Shown here piece by piece: positions 39,825 to 48,994 of a stretch of DNA of 64,000 nucleotides. Position numbers and translations under genes: made by a program. Source of the DNA: Pedobacter sp. (GTDB lineage: Bacteria; Desulfobacterota; Desulfuromonadia; Desulfuromonadales; Syntrophotaleaceae); assembly GCA_050253415.1 (NCBI GenBank), contig JBFWJC010000004.1, forward strand, positions 224,001-288,000, written 5' to 3'. A model generated the notes under the pieces. The model had not been told where the DNA came from. It made no database searches and saw only the letters and a list, made by a program, of their open reading frames with translations. Every line of letters starts with the position of its first letter. Positions within the stretch are counted from its first letter, which is position 1.

Positions 39825-42270
39825 CGGCATGAGTCCCTTCTGTAGTGTGTTGGCCGGCACGGGCGGCGTCATGATGAACGGATAGCAGCAACAGGTGGAT
39901 GAGGCGCCGCAAACTGCCGGCAGGCAACTTTTCGTCAAGGCAATCGCGGCGCACCACGCGCAGAAAATCGCTGGCCGAGCCGGCGCCCAGCAATGCATGC
40001 AGGGCCTGGCGCAGATCGGCGTCACGGGTGGCGGCGCATTCGAGTTGGACCAGATCCGCTTCCAGGTCGCGCAGCCCTTCCTCCAGCTGGCGAAGCCGCA
40101 GGGGGCCGCGATAGTAGTCTTCGGCGGCCCGATTGAACTCCTGCGCCGGCACCGCCATGGGATCGATCGCCCCCAGTTCGGAGAGGATGCCGTTGGTCAA
40201 ACGACCGGCGGCGGAAAAAACGCCGGGAAGCTCGAGGCGCAGTCGCAGATCGCGCATCAATTCCCCCAGCCCCATGGCTTCGATCAATTCCGCGCCGTCC
40301 GCTTCAACCACCTCCAGCAGTGCACGCTGGTAGGCCTCCAACGGCACGCTCGAATAACCGGGATAGCGGCGGCTGGCGCGCAGACCGTCGGTTTGCCGCA
40401 TGATACGGCGCAGCAACCGGTTGCGGGTGTTTTTGCGCACGAAAAAAGTCGGAATGCCCAGCGCCGCGCCGAAAAACATCTGGCGGCGCTCGCTTTCGGT
40501 GACCGGATCGTCCGGAATGTCACGATGGTCGTAACTACCCTGCGCCAGGTACTTGTAGGCCAGGGCCACCAGCAGCGTCTGCAGGCTGGCCGCCTGCCCC
40601 ATATCGCGGGAAAATTCGGGAAACAGGCTGTATTGGCGGCCTTCGAAACCGCAGAATCCCATCACATCGAACTGGCGCTGTTTGCAGGCCAGATACAGGG
40701 ACATGCGCTCGTCGAACACCCCCTGCTCCGCCAGATCGCGTTTGAGATGCTGCTGGCTGTCGATGCTGCCGTCCAGCGCCGGTGAGTGATAGGTACTCAG
40801 CAGCCAGACCGGATAATCGATGAGGCGAAAATCCGGCACAAAATCCCCCCGCAGCCGAAAGGCTCCGGCCACCGCGCGGTCGATCCAGGGCGGTCCGAAG
40901 GGCGTCATCGAGCGGCCCAGCACCGACAGGTTGGCCTTTTTGCGCCAGCGCAGCCACAGCATGCGCAGATGGGTGTAATCGAGTTCGTGCGCCAGAAAGC
41001 CGAGGGCCTTTTCCGGATGAAAGTCGGCGAACCCGAGGCGCGAAGGTGCGGCGCTGTAGGTACCGACGAACAGCGGCATGAAATGCTCGACCAGCTTGAT
41101 CACCAGATCACCGAGCCGTTTTTCCCCGGCAGCGTCAAAACCTGCCAGACCGGCGCCGCGCAAGGCGGTCAAACGACGGCTGCCAAGGGTGATATGCACG
41201 CCGTTATTGGCCAGGCTGGTGTTGGAGACATTGGGCAGCACCACCAGGTTATTGAGGATGATACCGGCGTCGCGCAGCTTGGCGACCGCATTGAGCTGGC
41301 TGCGCCCGAGCACCTCGTGGCACAGATGCATGTAGCGATGCTTATCTTCGCCCCGGTCCCAGCCGGACAGGCAGGGACTCATGAACAGCTCGCGATACAA
41401 AGCATCCGGGATCAGGTCGTTGAGGCGTCGCTGCCGCTGCGGCGGCTGTGGCGCGGCGTAGATCATGGCGCGTTGGCCGTGGGCACCGAGTTTAAAATGC
41501 TCGTTGGCGTACTGCACCAGTAAATGGGTCAGCGCAAACCGCTTGGCCGATTCGCGCCCCAGTGCCTGGCCCTGGCCACGATGCGGAGTCAGCGGCACCA
41601 CGAAAAACGAAAAGGTCTCCGGCGAAGTGTTGTCGTTGAGAAAATGCTCCAGCAGACGCATCCCGGTACCACGGACCGCCGATGGCAGCGGCTCCTCACC
41701 ACCGATGGCATCGGCCAGCGCCAGCTTGACCAGGTAGCTGATCGGCACGCGCAGCTGTTCCCCCTGTCGGTCGCGCAGCACAAAACGAGTATGATCGCTG
41801 CGCAAACCGCAGCCGGGGCGGCTTTTATCGACCAGCAGATCCCGCTGGAAAACCGCATCCGCATGGCTGTTAAGGGCATGGCGCGGAAACCGCACCCAGC
41901 TGTTTTCCCAGATCCCGTCACGGTTGTCCTCGATCCAGGCGGTCAAGTCATCGACCTGCTGGCGGGGAGTTTCCCCCGCATGAGCCCGGCGCGCCATCTG
42001 CGCAAAAAAGCTCGATTCCCGCACGCTGCAGGGCAAGTCGACCACACTGGCGGCACCGACCACCGCCGCCTGCAGCTCCGCTTCCGCACCGGCGGTGACA
42101 TCCTCGCCGACAAACGGCAGCGTGGCCAGCAGGCTCTCGGTACTGGATACGTCCACACCCAGGCGGGACAGCAGTTCAGCGGGCGGCAGAGTTATCGGGG
42201 CAGGATTAAGCCCGGCAGGGCAAGGCTCCTCGACGAGTTTGAGACTGGATAATTGTTGTGCTACGGACAT
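39799..42270 (-). CDS. Large uncharacterised protein, putative GCS/PafA-fold carboxylate-amine ligase
   Basis: About 823 aa; GAEAELQ (GxExE), NNGVHITLG (GxH), GFEGR (ExR) in GCS2-like order; function inferred. Confidence 0.7.
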   Translation of the reverse strand: MSVAQQLSSLKLVEEPCPAGLNPAPITLPPAELLSRLGVDVSSTESLLATLPFVGEDVTAGAEAELQAAVVGAASVVDLPCSVRESSFFAQMARRAHAGETPRQQVDDLTAWIEDNRDGIWENSWVRFPRHALNSHADAVFQRDLLVDKSRPGCGLRSDHTRFVLRDRQGEQLRVPISYLVKLALADAIGGEEPLPSAVRGTGMRLLEHFLNDNTSPETFSFFVVPLTPHRGQGQALGRESAKRFALTHLLVQYANEHFKLGAHGQRAMIYAAPQPPQRQRRLNDLIPDALYRELFMSPCLSGWDRGEDKHRYMHLCHEVLGRSQLNAVAKLRDAGIILNNLVVLPNVSNTSLANNGVHITLGSRRLTALRGAGLAGFDAAGEKRLGDLVIKLVEHFMPLFVGTYSAAPSRLGFADFHPEKALGFLAHELDYTHLRMLWLRWRKKANLSVLGRSMTPFGPPWIDRAVAGAFRLRGDFVPDFRLIDYPVWLLSTYHSPALDGSIDSQQHLKRDLAEQGVFDERMSLYLACKQRQFDVMGFCGFEGRQYSLFPEFSRDMGQAASLQTLLVALAYKYLAQGSYDHRDIPDDPVTESERRQMFFGAALGIPTFFVRKNTRNRLLRRIMRQTDGLRASRRYPGYSSVPLEAYQRALLEVVEADGAELIEAMGLGELMRDLRLRLELPGVFSAAGRLTNGILSELGAIDPMAVPAQEFNRAAEDYYRGPLRLRQLEEGLRDLEADLVQLECAATRDADLRQALHALLGAGSASDFLRVVRRDCLDEKLPAGSLRRLIHLLLLSVHHDAARAGQHTTEGTHADVGSPSIR

Positions 42271-42333
42271 CGGCACCCCTTCCTGACCTATGTGCCTGGA
42301 GATGTCAGACACATGCACTTCTTGTTGCCGGTG

Positions 42334-42375
42334 AAATTATCCTATGGAGATTAGGGATGCGTTACAGGCGGGTTA
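42334..42375 (-). promoter_or_regulatory. 11-bp-period direct repeats plus -10 box (Pho-box-like)
   Basis: Plus strand ATTA(42350), GTTA(42361), GTTA(42372); -10 TAATTT at 42339-42334. Confidence 0.6.
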
Positions 42376-42455
42376 TTTCTTCATTCTGCGGCTTGGTTAA
42401 TAGCCAGGGTCGATGTGCTTCGAGCCTCAGCACATCCTGCCAACGGTCGACAGGA

Positions 42456-44915
42456 GGGGAGCCATTTTTTGCTTACTTTTTTGTGGGCTTGATCAAAAAG
42501 TCAGGTGCCGGGCGGGGGGCGCGATCTCGCGGTCTTGTAGTTGTTCGTTTGGTTTCTTAAACACTTCAACTTCAACTTCTACACCGCCGGTCCCGGCCGG
42601 CAGCCGGCTTACTTTCTTTACCCGTCTATAGAAAGTAAGCAAAGAAAGGACGTAACGTCTGGCTTCGCCGTTATGTCTGTCGCGAAGTGGCTTGGCTCGA
42701 CGCACCTTACTGGTAACGGATAAGGCATCCGCCTTCGTAGGGCTTCATTTGCCGGCGGAGGTGGGGCGCACAGCTCGCCGCGTAGCTGTTGCAGGCACCG
42801 GCTCTGCTAGTTTTATAAACGCTTTTGCCTCTGCCGCTAATCCCCTGTGACGCTGCCGGAATGGAGCGACCGGCGGGAGAAACAGGCGGAGGACTGAGCG
42901 TAGCGAATCTTCTCCGCCCGCCCGGCGGTTGCGGAATGCAGGGTATCCGCCGCAGGCGGGCCAGGAAAGGGGCGCGCTTTTCTGCTTACTCTTTTGACGC
43001 GCTTTAAAAGAGTAAGGCGCCGGGCGGGGGCGCGGCCCCGCGGTCTTGCATGCAAGGGTTGGATTCTTGAAAACCGAAATTCAACACCGCCGGTCCCGGC
43101 CGGCAGCCGGCTTACTTTCTTTACTCGTCTATAGAAAGTAAGCAAAGAAAGGACGTAACGTCTGGCTTCGCCGTTATGTCTGTCGCGAAGCAAGCTTGGC
43201 TCGACGCACCTTACCGGGCAAAGACAAACGGCGCGTCTGCGTAGGGCTTCATTTGCCGGCGGAGGTGGAGCGCACAGCTCGCCGCGTAGCTGTTGCTGGA
43301 ACCGGCGCTGCTAGTTTTATAAACGCATTTGCCTCTTCCGCTAATCCCCTGTGACGCAGCCGGAGTGGAGCGACCGGCGGGCGAAACAGGCGGAGGACTG
43401 AGCGCAGCGAATCTTCTCCGCCCGCCCGGCGGTTGCGGAATGCAGGGTATCCGCCGCAGGCGGGCAAGGAAAGGGGCGCGCTTTTCTGCTTACTCTTTTG
43501 AGGCGTATTAAAAGAGTAAGGCGACGGGCGGGGGCGCGGCCCCGCGGTCTTGCATGCAAGGGTTGGATTCTTGAAAACCGAAATGCAACACCGCCGGTCC
43601 CGGCCGGCAGCCGGCTTACTTTCTTTACCCGTCTATAGAAAGTAAGCAAAGAAAGGACGTAACGTCTGGCTTCGCCGTTATGTCTGTCGCAAAGAGGCTT
43701 GGCTCGACGCACCTTACTGGTAACGGATAAGGCATCCGTCTTCGTAGGGCTTCATTTGCCGGCGGAGGTGGGGCGCACAGCTCGCCGCGTAGCTGTTGCT
43801 GGAACCGGCGCTGCTAGTTTTTTTAAACGCTTTTGCGATTATTTTTGCTTTTGTCTCCGCCTTGGCATTCCCCTGTGACGCAGCCGGAGTGGAGCGACCG
43901 GCGGGCGAAACAGGCGGAGGACTGAGCGCAGCGAATCTTCTCCGCCCGCCCGGCGGTTGCGGAATGCAGGGTATCCGCCGCAGGCGGGCAAGGAAAGGGG
44001 CGCGCTTTTCTGCTTACTCTTTAGACGCGCATCAAAAGAGTAAGGCGCCGGGCGGGGGCGCGGCCCCGCGGTCTTGTATGTAAGGGGTGGATTCCTGAAA
44101 ACCGAAATTCAACACCGCCGGTCCCGGCCGGCAGCCGGCTTACTTTCTTTACCCGTCTATAGAAAGTAAGCAAAGAAAGGACGTAACGTCTGGCTTCGCC
44201 GTTATGTCTGTCGCGAAGTGGCTTGGCTCGACGCACCTTACTGGTAACGGATAAGGCATCCGTCTGCGTCGGGCTTCATTTGCCGGCGGAGGTGGGGCGC
44301 ACAGCTCGCCGCGTAGCTGTTGCTGGAACCGGCGCTGCTAGTTTTTTTAAACGCTTTTGCGATTATTTTTGCTTTTGTCTCCGCCTTGGTATTCCCCTGT
44401 GACGCAGCCGGAGTGGAGCGACCGGCGGGCGAAACAGGCGGAGGACTGAGCGCAGCGAATCTTCTCCGCCCGCCCGGCGGTTGCGGAATGCAGGGTATCC
44501 GCCGCAGGCGGGCAAGGAAAGGGGCGCGCTTTTCTGCTTACTCTTTAGACGCGCATCAAAAGAGTAAGGCGCCGGGCGGGGGCGCGGCCCCGCGGTCTTG
44601 TATGTAAGGGGTGGATTCCTGAAAACCGAAATTCAACACCGCCGGTCCCGGCCGGCAGCCGGCTTACTTTCTTTACCCGTCTATAGAAAGTAAGCAAAGA
44701 AAGGACGTAACACCTGGCTTCGCCGTTATGTCTGTCGCGAAGCGAGCTTGGCTCGACGCACCTTACCGGGAAAGAACAAGCGGCGCGTCTGCGTCGGGCT
44801 TCACTTGCCGGCGGAGGTGGGGCGCACAGCTCGCCGCGTAGCTGTTGCTGGAACCGGCGCTGCTAGTTTTATAAACGCATTTGCCTCTTCCGTTTATCCC
44901 CTGTGACGCTGCCGG
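42456..44915. repeat. Tandem array of ~503-524-bp structured non-coding units (about 4.8 units)
   Basis: ACACCGCCGGTCCCGGCCGGCAGCCGG anchor at 42581, 43084, 43588, 44112 and 44636. Confidence 0.95.
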
Positions 44916-45044
44916 GCCTCAGCACATCCCACGCGTTGATCGCCAACTATGGAGTGGAAATGAAGAGTGTTAACAGAGGCTGTCTCCTCTGAGAACTAAC
45001 GCTATTCCAACGTTTCGCTTACGATCAGCAAAGAATATTCCTGC

Positions 45045-45884
45045 ATGGTTCTCAGTAAAATCATAGGACTATGCCCCGCAAGCGACTTTCATCGGACCAA
45101 CACCATGACGACCATCTGCACGTATTCCCTGGCGCACAGGATGACTGCTGCATGCCTGCTGATCCTGCTGTGCCTGACGACTCAGGCCCGGGCCGGCGAG
45201 CCTTCGGAAGGCTATCGTTACCGACAACAAACCGGCGATAAAATCGAATATTTCGACTGGATGCTGGAGAGAGCGGAAAATCTTTTATTGACCGCTACCA
45301 GCGGCACGGAAACCTTTCGCACACTCATGGACAGCGACCTGCGTACGCATAGCTGGATGTTTAATAACCCTGCCGAACACATCGCCATAGAAGCCCGGCG
45401 TCAGTCCGACAGCATCACGCTGACAGGTCTGTGGAACGGGCAACCGCTCCGTAAAACCCTGCGTATTGACGCCGAACCCTGGTATCAGGCCATGTCCCTG
45501 TCGATGCGTGCCGTTATGAATTCCACCGAGGAGTCCATAACGTTCTGGACTTTGCGCCCGGATGAATTGAAACCGCTGAAACTGAAGGCGATAAAAAAAG
45601 GGAGGGAAGTCCTGAATATCGACGGACGTTCCATCCAGGCACAGAAGATTGAAATCCGCCTTACCGGGCTGGGCGCGTTGCTGGGGCATTCCCTGTACTG
45701 GCTGCGACCAAGCGACGGCCTGTTCCTCAAATACCAGGGGCCTATCGGTCTGGCGGGAATGGCCTGCACAACCATCACCCTGGACCATGCATTGCTATCC
45801 TCGACCGATGTGCCCTCCACCGTACTTTGCAACAGATTGAATTCTTTGCATCCCTCTTCCGATACCGCCCCGAAACATCCCTGA
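45045..45884 (+). CDS. Exported hypothetical protein
   Basis: 279-aa ORF; signal-like segment from ~45141; start uncertain. Confidence 0.65.
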   Translation: MVLSKIIGLCPASDFHRTNTMTTICTYSLAHRMTAACLLILLCLTTQARAGEPSEGYRYRQQTGDKIEYFDWMLERAENLLLTATSGTETFRTLMDSDLRTHSWMFNNPAEHIAIEARRQSDSITLTGLWNGQPLRKTLRIDAEPWYQAMSLSMRAVMNSTEESITFWTLRPDELKPLKLKAIKKGREVLNIDGRSIQAQKIEIRLTGLGALLGHSLYWLRPSDGLFLKYQGPIGLAGMACTTITLDHALLSSTDVPSTVLCNRLNSLHPSSDTAPKHP

Positions 45885-45937
45885 ACTCGGCATGGTCGGA
45901 AATCTTCGGCCTGCTCCGACAAAAAAGATCCGAGCGG

Positions 45938-45966
45938 GATGTAACCTTTTCGCCTGCCTGGCGATT
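45938..45966 (+). promoter_or_regulatory. Putative ECF sigma promoter
   Basis: GATGTAACCTTTT..CGATT; GTAAC-N16-CGAT, repeated at 47748-47776. Confidence 0.7.
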
Positions 45967-46077
45967 TTGTCAATAGGAATATGATATGCTGCCGACGCCG
46001 GCAGCCGTCGTGGTGTTCAAGCACAGGGAAATTCCACCGGTTTCGGTTCTGATTTCCAACAAAGCGGAGTACGGCAT

Positions 46078-46695
46078 TTGATGAAAAGTGATGTGGCGGT
46101 CAAAACGGATGAGACTGAGGACGTTGAAATCATCGACCGCGTGCTCCGTGGGGCCACCAACGATTTCGAGATTCTCCTGCACAGGTATCGCGGGTATGTG
46201 TTTAAAATTGTCGCGGGGATCATTCCCGCTGATGCGGTAGCGGATCTATCCCACGAGATATTCATCGATGTCTACAAATCGCTGCCTCGCTACGATGATA
46301 GAAAAACATTCAAGAAATGGCTTGCCAGCATAGCGATCCGGCGCTGTTACGACTACTGGCGCAAGCATTACCATAACCGGGAAATCCCGCTCAGCGACCT
46401 TACCGAGGAACACGAAAACTGGGTCGAAAATGTCGCCGCCACCCAAGCCAAAGACCTGTTTGAAAAGGGTGAAAAGCAAAAAGAGGCACGGGAAGTTTTA
46501 CAATGGGCGATGGCCGGCCTCTCTGCCAAAGACAGGATGGTCCTCACCCTGGTCCACCTGGAGGGGCATTCCGTAAAGGAGGCCGCGCAAATCCTTGGCT
46601 GGAGCGCGATCAATGTGAAGGTTCGCGCCCACAGATCACGGAAAATACTGCGGAAGAGAATTGCGACAATGTTGGAAGGAGAAAGCAGCAGATGA
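46078..46695 (+). CDS. ECF RNA polymerase sigma factor
   Basis: Region 2 (FKKWLASIAIRRCYDYWR) and region 4 (EGHSVKEAAQILG..VKVRAHR). Confidence 0.92.
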   Translation: MMKSDVAVKTDETEDVEIIDRVLRGATNDFEILLHRYRGYVFKIVAGIIPADAVADLSHEIFIDVYKSLPRYDDRKTFKKWLASIAIRRCYDYWRKHYHNREIPLSDLTEEHENWVENVAATQAKDLFEKGEKQKEAREVLQWAMAGLSAKDRMVLTLVHLEGHSVKEAAQILGWSAINVKVRAHRSRKILRKRIATMLEGESSR

Positions 46696-47012
46696 TGAAA
46701 AATGATCGCGTAACCGAGCTGGAAAAAGCGCTTGTCGCGTCGCACCGTAGCCGACCGCAGGTCGAGGCACCCGCAGGATGGGACATGCAGGTGATGCAAC
46801 AGATACAGGCACAAGGCCGCGCACGCATCGAAGAACAGGAATCCTTCCTGACTCAACGCTTTGTCTGGCGTTTCGCCGCAGTTGCCTGCACGATTGCATT
46901 CATCGTTTCCATGTACGCCTTTGGAACCGACCTCGGCCCGGAACATCTGGTCGCCAAGCTCTTCTTCGATGATCCTTTGGGCCTGGTCACCATGCCTATT
47001 TTTGCCTTGTAA
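46692..47012 (+). CDS. Putative single-TM anti-sigma factor
   Basis: ATGA overlap with the sigma gene; one TM helix. Confidence 0.7.
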   Translation: MMKNDRVTELEKALVASHRSRPQVEAPAGWDMQVMQQIQAQGRARIEEQESFLTQRFVWRFAAVACTIAFIVSMYAFGTDLGPEHLVAKLFFDDPLGLVTMPIFAL

Positions 47013-47085
47013 CCCGCATCATGCGCGTCTGTTTATTTTATAAAAACGGAAAATACAACCTGTCAGAGGGGGGGAGTAACCTGAT

Positions 47086-47466
47086 ATGAAAAGATGGAAA
47101 CTATGGGCGGGAGTTCTGCTGGTTTTTGCTGCAGGTGCGTGCATGGGCGTTGTCGGCACCGGTCTTTATGTCCGCCACTCCTTTGAGTCCCTGCTCCAGG
47201 GTGGCCCACCGGCCGTGGCTGAACGGGTCACTAATAAACTTGCCCGAGAGCTGGACCTCTCGAAATCCCAGAAGATTGCAGTGGGTGAAACCGTGCAAGA
47301 GATGCAATCCCAAATACAGGCACTGCGACTCCAGTACCGGCCGGAAGCAAAACAAATCCTGATCACCGGTATGTCGAAGATGAAGACGGAACTGTCGGCG
47401 GAGCAACAGCAAAAGCTGGACAGACTGTATAACAAGCTCACGGCGCGATGGCGATTAAACGAATAA
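47086..47466 (+). CDS. Periplasmic Spy/CpxP-like helical protein
   Basis: N-terminal anchor; ELDLSKSQ and LSAEQQQK (LTxxQ-like) motifs. Confidence 0.7.
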   Translation: MKRWKLWAGVLLVFAAGACMGVVGTGLYVRHSFESLLQGGPPAVAERVTNKLARELDLSKSQKIAVGETVQEMQSQIQALRLQYRPEAKQILITGMSKMKTELSAEQQQKLDRLYNKLTARWRLNE

Positions 47467-47747
47467 TACCGTTTCGGGATCGGCTCTTTAACGCAAGTAC
47501 TTAGGCTGACCGCCAGTGAAGCAAACCATACAAAACAGGGATACTCAGGATGTTCAGGATAAAATCTTGAATTCCGGGCCTTGGTATTGATCCTGGATAT
47601 CCCTGATTAAATAGAACCGCGAAAAACATTCACTTTCGAAAAAATCAACATCCGAGGGTTTCACAGGTATATCCACGAGCTGGCCGAACATCTCGACCTG
47701 ATCCCTTCCCCGCAGTCAACCGATCATTTCTAAATAAATCCATTCAA

Positions 47748-47776
47748 GATGTAACCTTTTTCGTTCCTTTCCGATT
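47748..47776 (+). promoter_or_regulatory. Putative ECF sigma promoter
   Basis: GATGTAACCTTTT..CGATT, same 16-nt spacing as at 45938. Confidence 0.7.
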
Positions 47777-47923
47777 CTAAGCACAGGGAGGCATGTCATG
47801 GACCTGCCAGGATGCCATGCCACAGGACATGGCAACACGCGTTATGTGAAAACTTTTCACGTGGTTAGCCATGTCCCTACGGCTTAGGTGTTAAAAACAG
47901 AAAGACAAACCAGGAGGAAAAGG

Positions 47924-48475
47924 ATGAAAGTATTGAGTTTTTACAAGGTCAGAGTATTTAGGAATGTGGCGTGCATGCTATTCGTATTGATGTTCCTGAC
48001 TGCCTCGACTGATGTCATGGCCTGGCAACGCAACGTATCACGCACCGGCCCATCAGGACAGAGCGCCACGCGCAACATTACCGCCACCCGATCAGGCAGT
48101 GGATACAACCGAAGCACTACGTTCAACGGCCCCCAGGGTAACTCCGCCACCCGCGAAACGTCAGCCTCCCGCACCGAGTCCGGAATAAACCGCTCCACCA
48201 CGACTACCGGCCCTCAAGGCAACACGATGACCCGCGAAGCCAATAGCCAGTGGAATCCGGAAACCAAAACCTGGACCAAGAGCTCAAACACCACTGGATC
48301 CGGCGGACAGACCGCCACCCGTGAAACATCAGTCTCCCGCACCGAGTCCGGAATAAACCGCTCCACCACGACTACCGGCCCTCAAGGCAGCTCGGTGACC
48401 CGCGATGCCAACGGCCAATGGGATCCGGAGACAAAAACCTGGTCGAAAAACGTAATAGTGGAGACTGCCCCATGA
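47924..48475 (+). CDS. Secreted Thr/Ser/Gly-rich repeat protein
   Basis: Signal peptide; TGPQG repeats; 168-bp internal duplication (48146 vs 48314). Confidence 0.75.
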   Translation: MKVLSFYKVRVFRNVACMLFVLMFLTASTDVMAWQRNVSRTGPSGQSATRNITATRSGSGYNRSTTFNGPQGNSATRETSASRTESGINRSTTTTGPQGNTMTREANSQWNPETKTWTKSSNTTGSGGQTATRETSVSRTESGINRSTTTTGPQGSSVTRDANGQWDPETKTWSKNVIVETAP

Positions 48476-48825
48476 TCAATTTCGCAAAGAACAGGTTGAT
48501 GAGAAGTCACTCGCTTGGCAGCGCCAAATCGACGAGGATGCTGGTAGCGATGCTCGCCGGGTTAACCCTTATTCTTCCGGCAAGCATGGCGATAGCTCGG
48601 GAAAACCCCCTCGATGTTCTCTTCCAGATAAGCGACAGCGATGCCAACGGGCTCATCAGTGAAGCGGAATGGCACGCAACCATGCAGAAACGCATGGAAT
48701 CGCTCGACACCAATCACGACGGAAACCTGTCGCGGGTGGAATTCGAAAAGGCACGACAAACCGTCAGGGAAAGAATGCGCAGCATGTCACCGCGTGCACG
48801 CAGTGATAATCAGTCTATGGAATAA
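48472..48825 (+). CDS. Secreted EF-hand protein
   Basis: DSDANGLISEAE and DTNHDGNLSRVE EF-hand loops. Confidence 0.8.
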   Translation: MINFAKNRLMRSHSLGSAKSTRMLVAMLAGLTLILPASMAIARENPLDVLFQISDSDANGLISEAEWHATMQKRMESLDTNHDGNLSRVEFEKARQTVRERMRSMSPRARSDNQSME

Positions 48826-48887
48826 TTTCTACCAGGTGAGACGAGCGTTGGACCTGAAACGGTCGGTTTGATTGCCTTGATTTGACA

Positions 48888-48927
48888 ATAAAGCCGGTCC
48901 CGAACATAGTGCTTCGAGGCCGGCTTT
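48888..48927. terminator. Hairpin terminator
   Basis: AAAGCCGGTC..CGAA/TTCG..GGCCGGCTTT. Confidence 0.6.
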
Positions 48928-48994
48928 GTATTTGAGGGGTTCTCTTTCCTTTAACAATGCACGGACTGCGGCCTCGTCTACCACGCCAGGGAAC

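Noticed and set aside
42413..44607. ORFs inside the structured repeats (e.g. MRRAKPLRDRHNGEARR..., MLEPALLVF...), also at 49, 58.7-59.2 and 60.2-61 kb
   Set aside because: Frames open and close differently between copies, there is no RBS, and both strands give ORFs; these are by-products of GC-rich palindromes
42456..44915. CRISPR array
   Set aside because: Units are ~500 bp and near-identical throughout, with no unique spacers and no cas genes
42424..44929. 14-bp direct repeat GCCTCAGCACATCC at 42424 and 44916 as a target-site duplication
   Set aside because: The match is real, but CCTCAGCACA also occurs near 37040 and the other repeat clusters lack it; cannot be called a TSD without an empty site
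47533..47612. CAGGAT/ATCCTG short inverted repeats
   Set aside because: Weak, degenerate REP-like hairpin seen once; not enough support for a call
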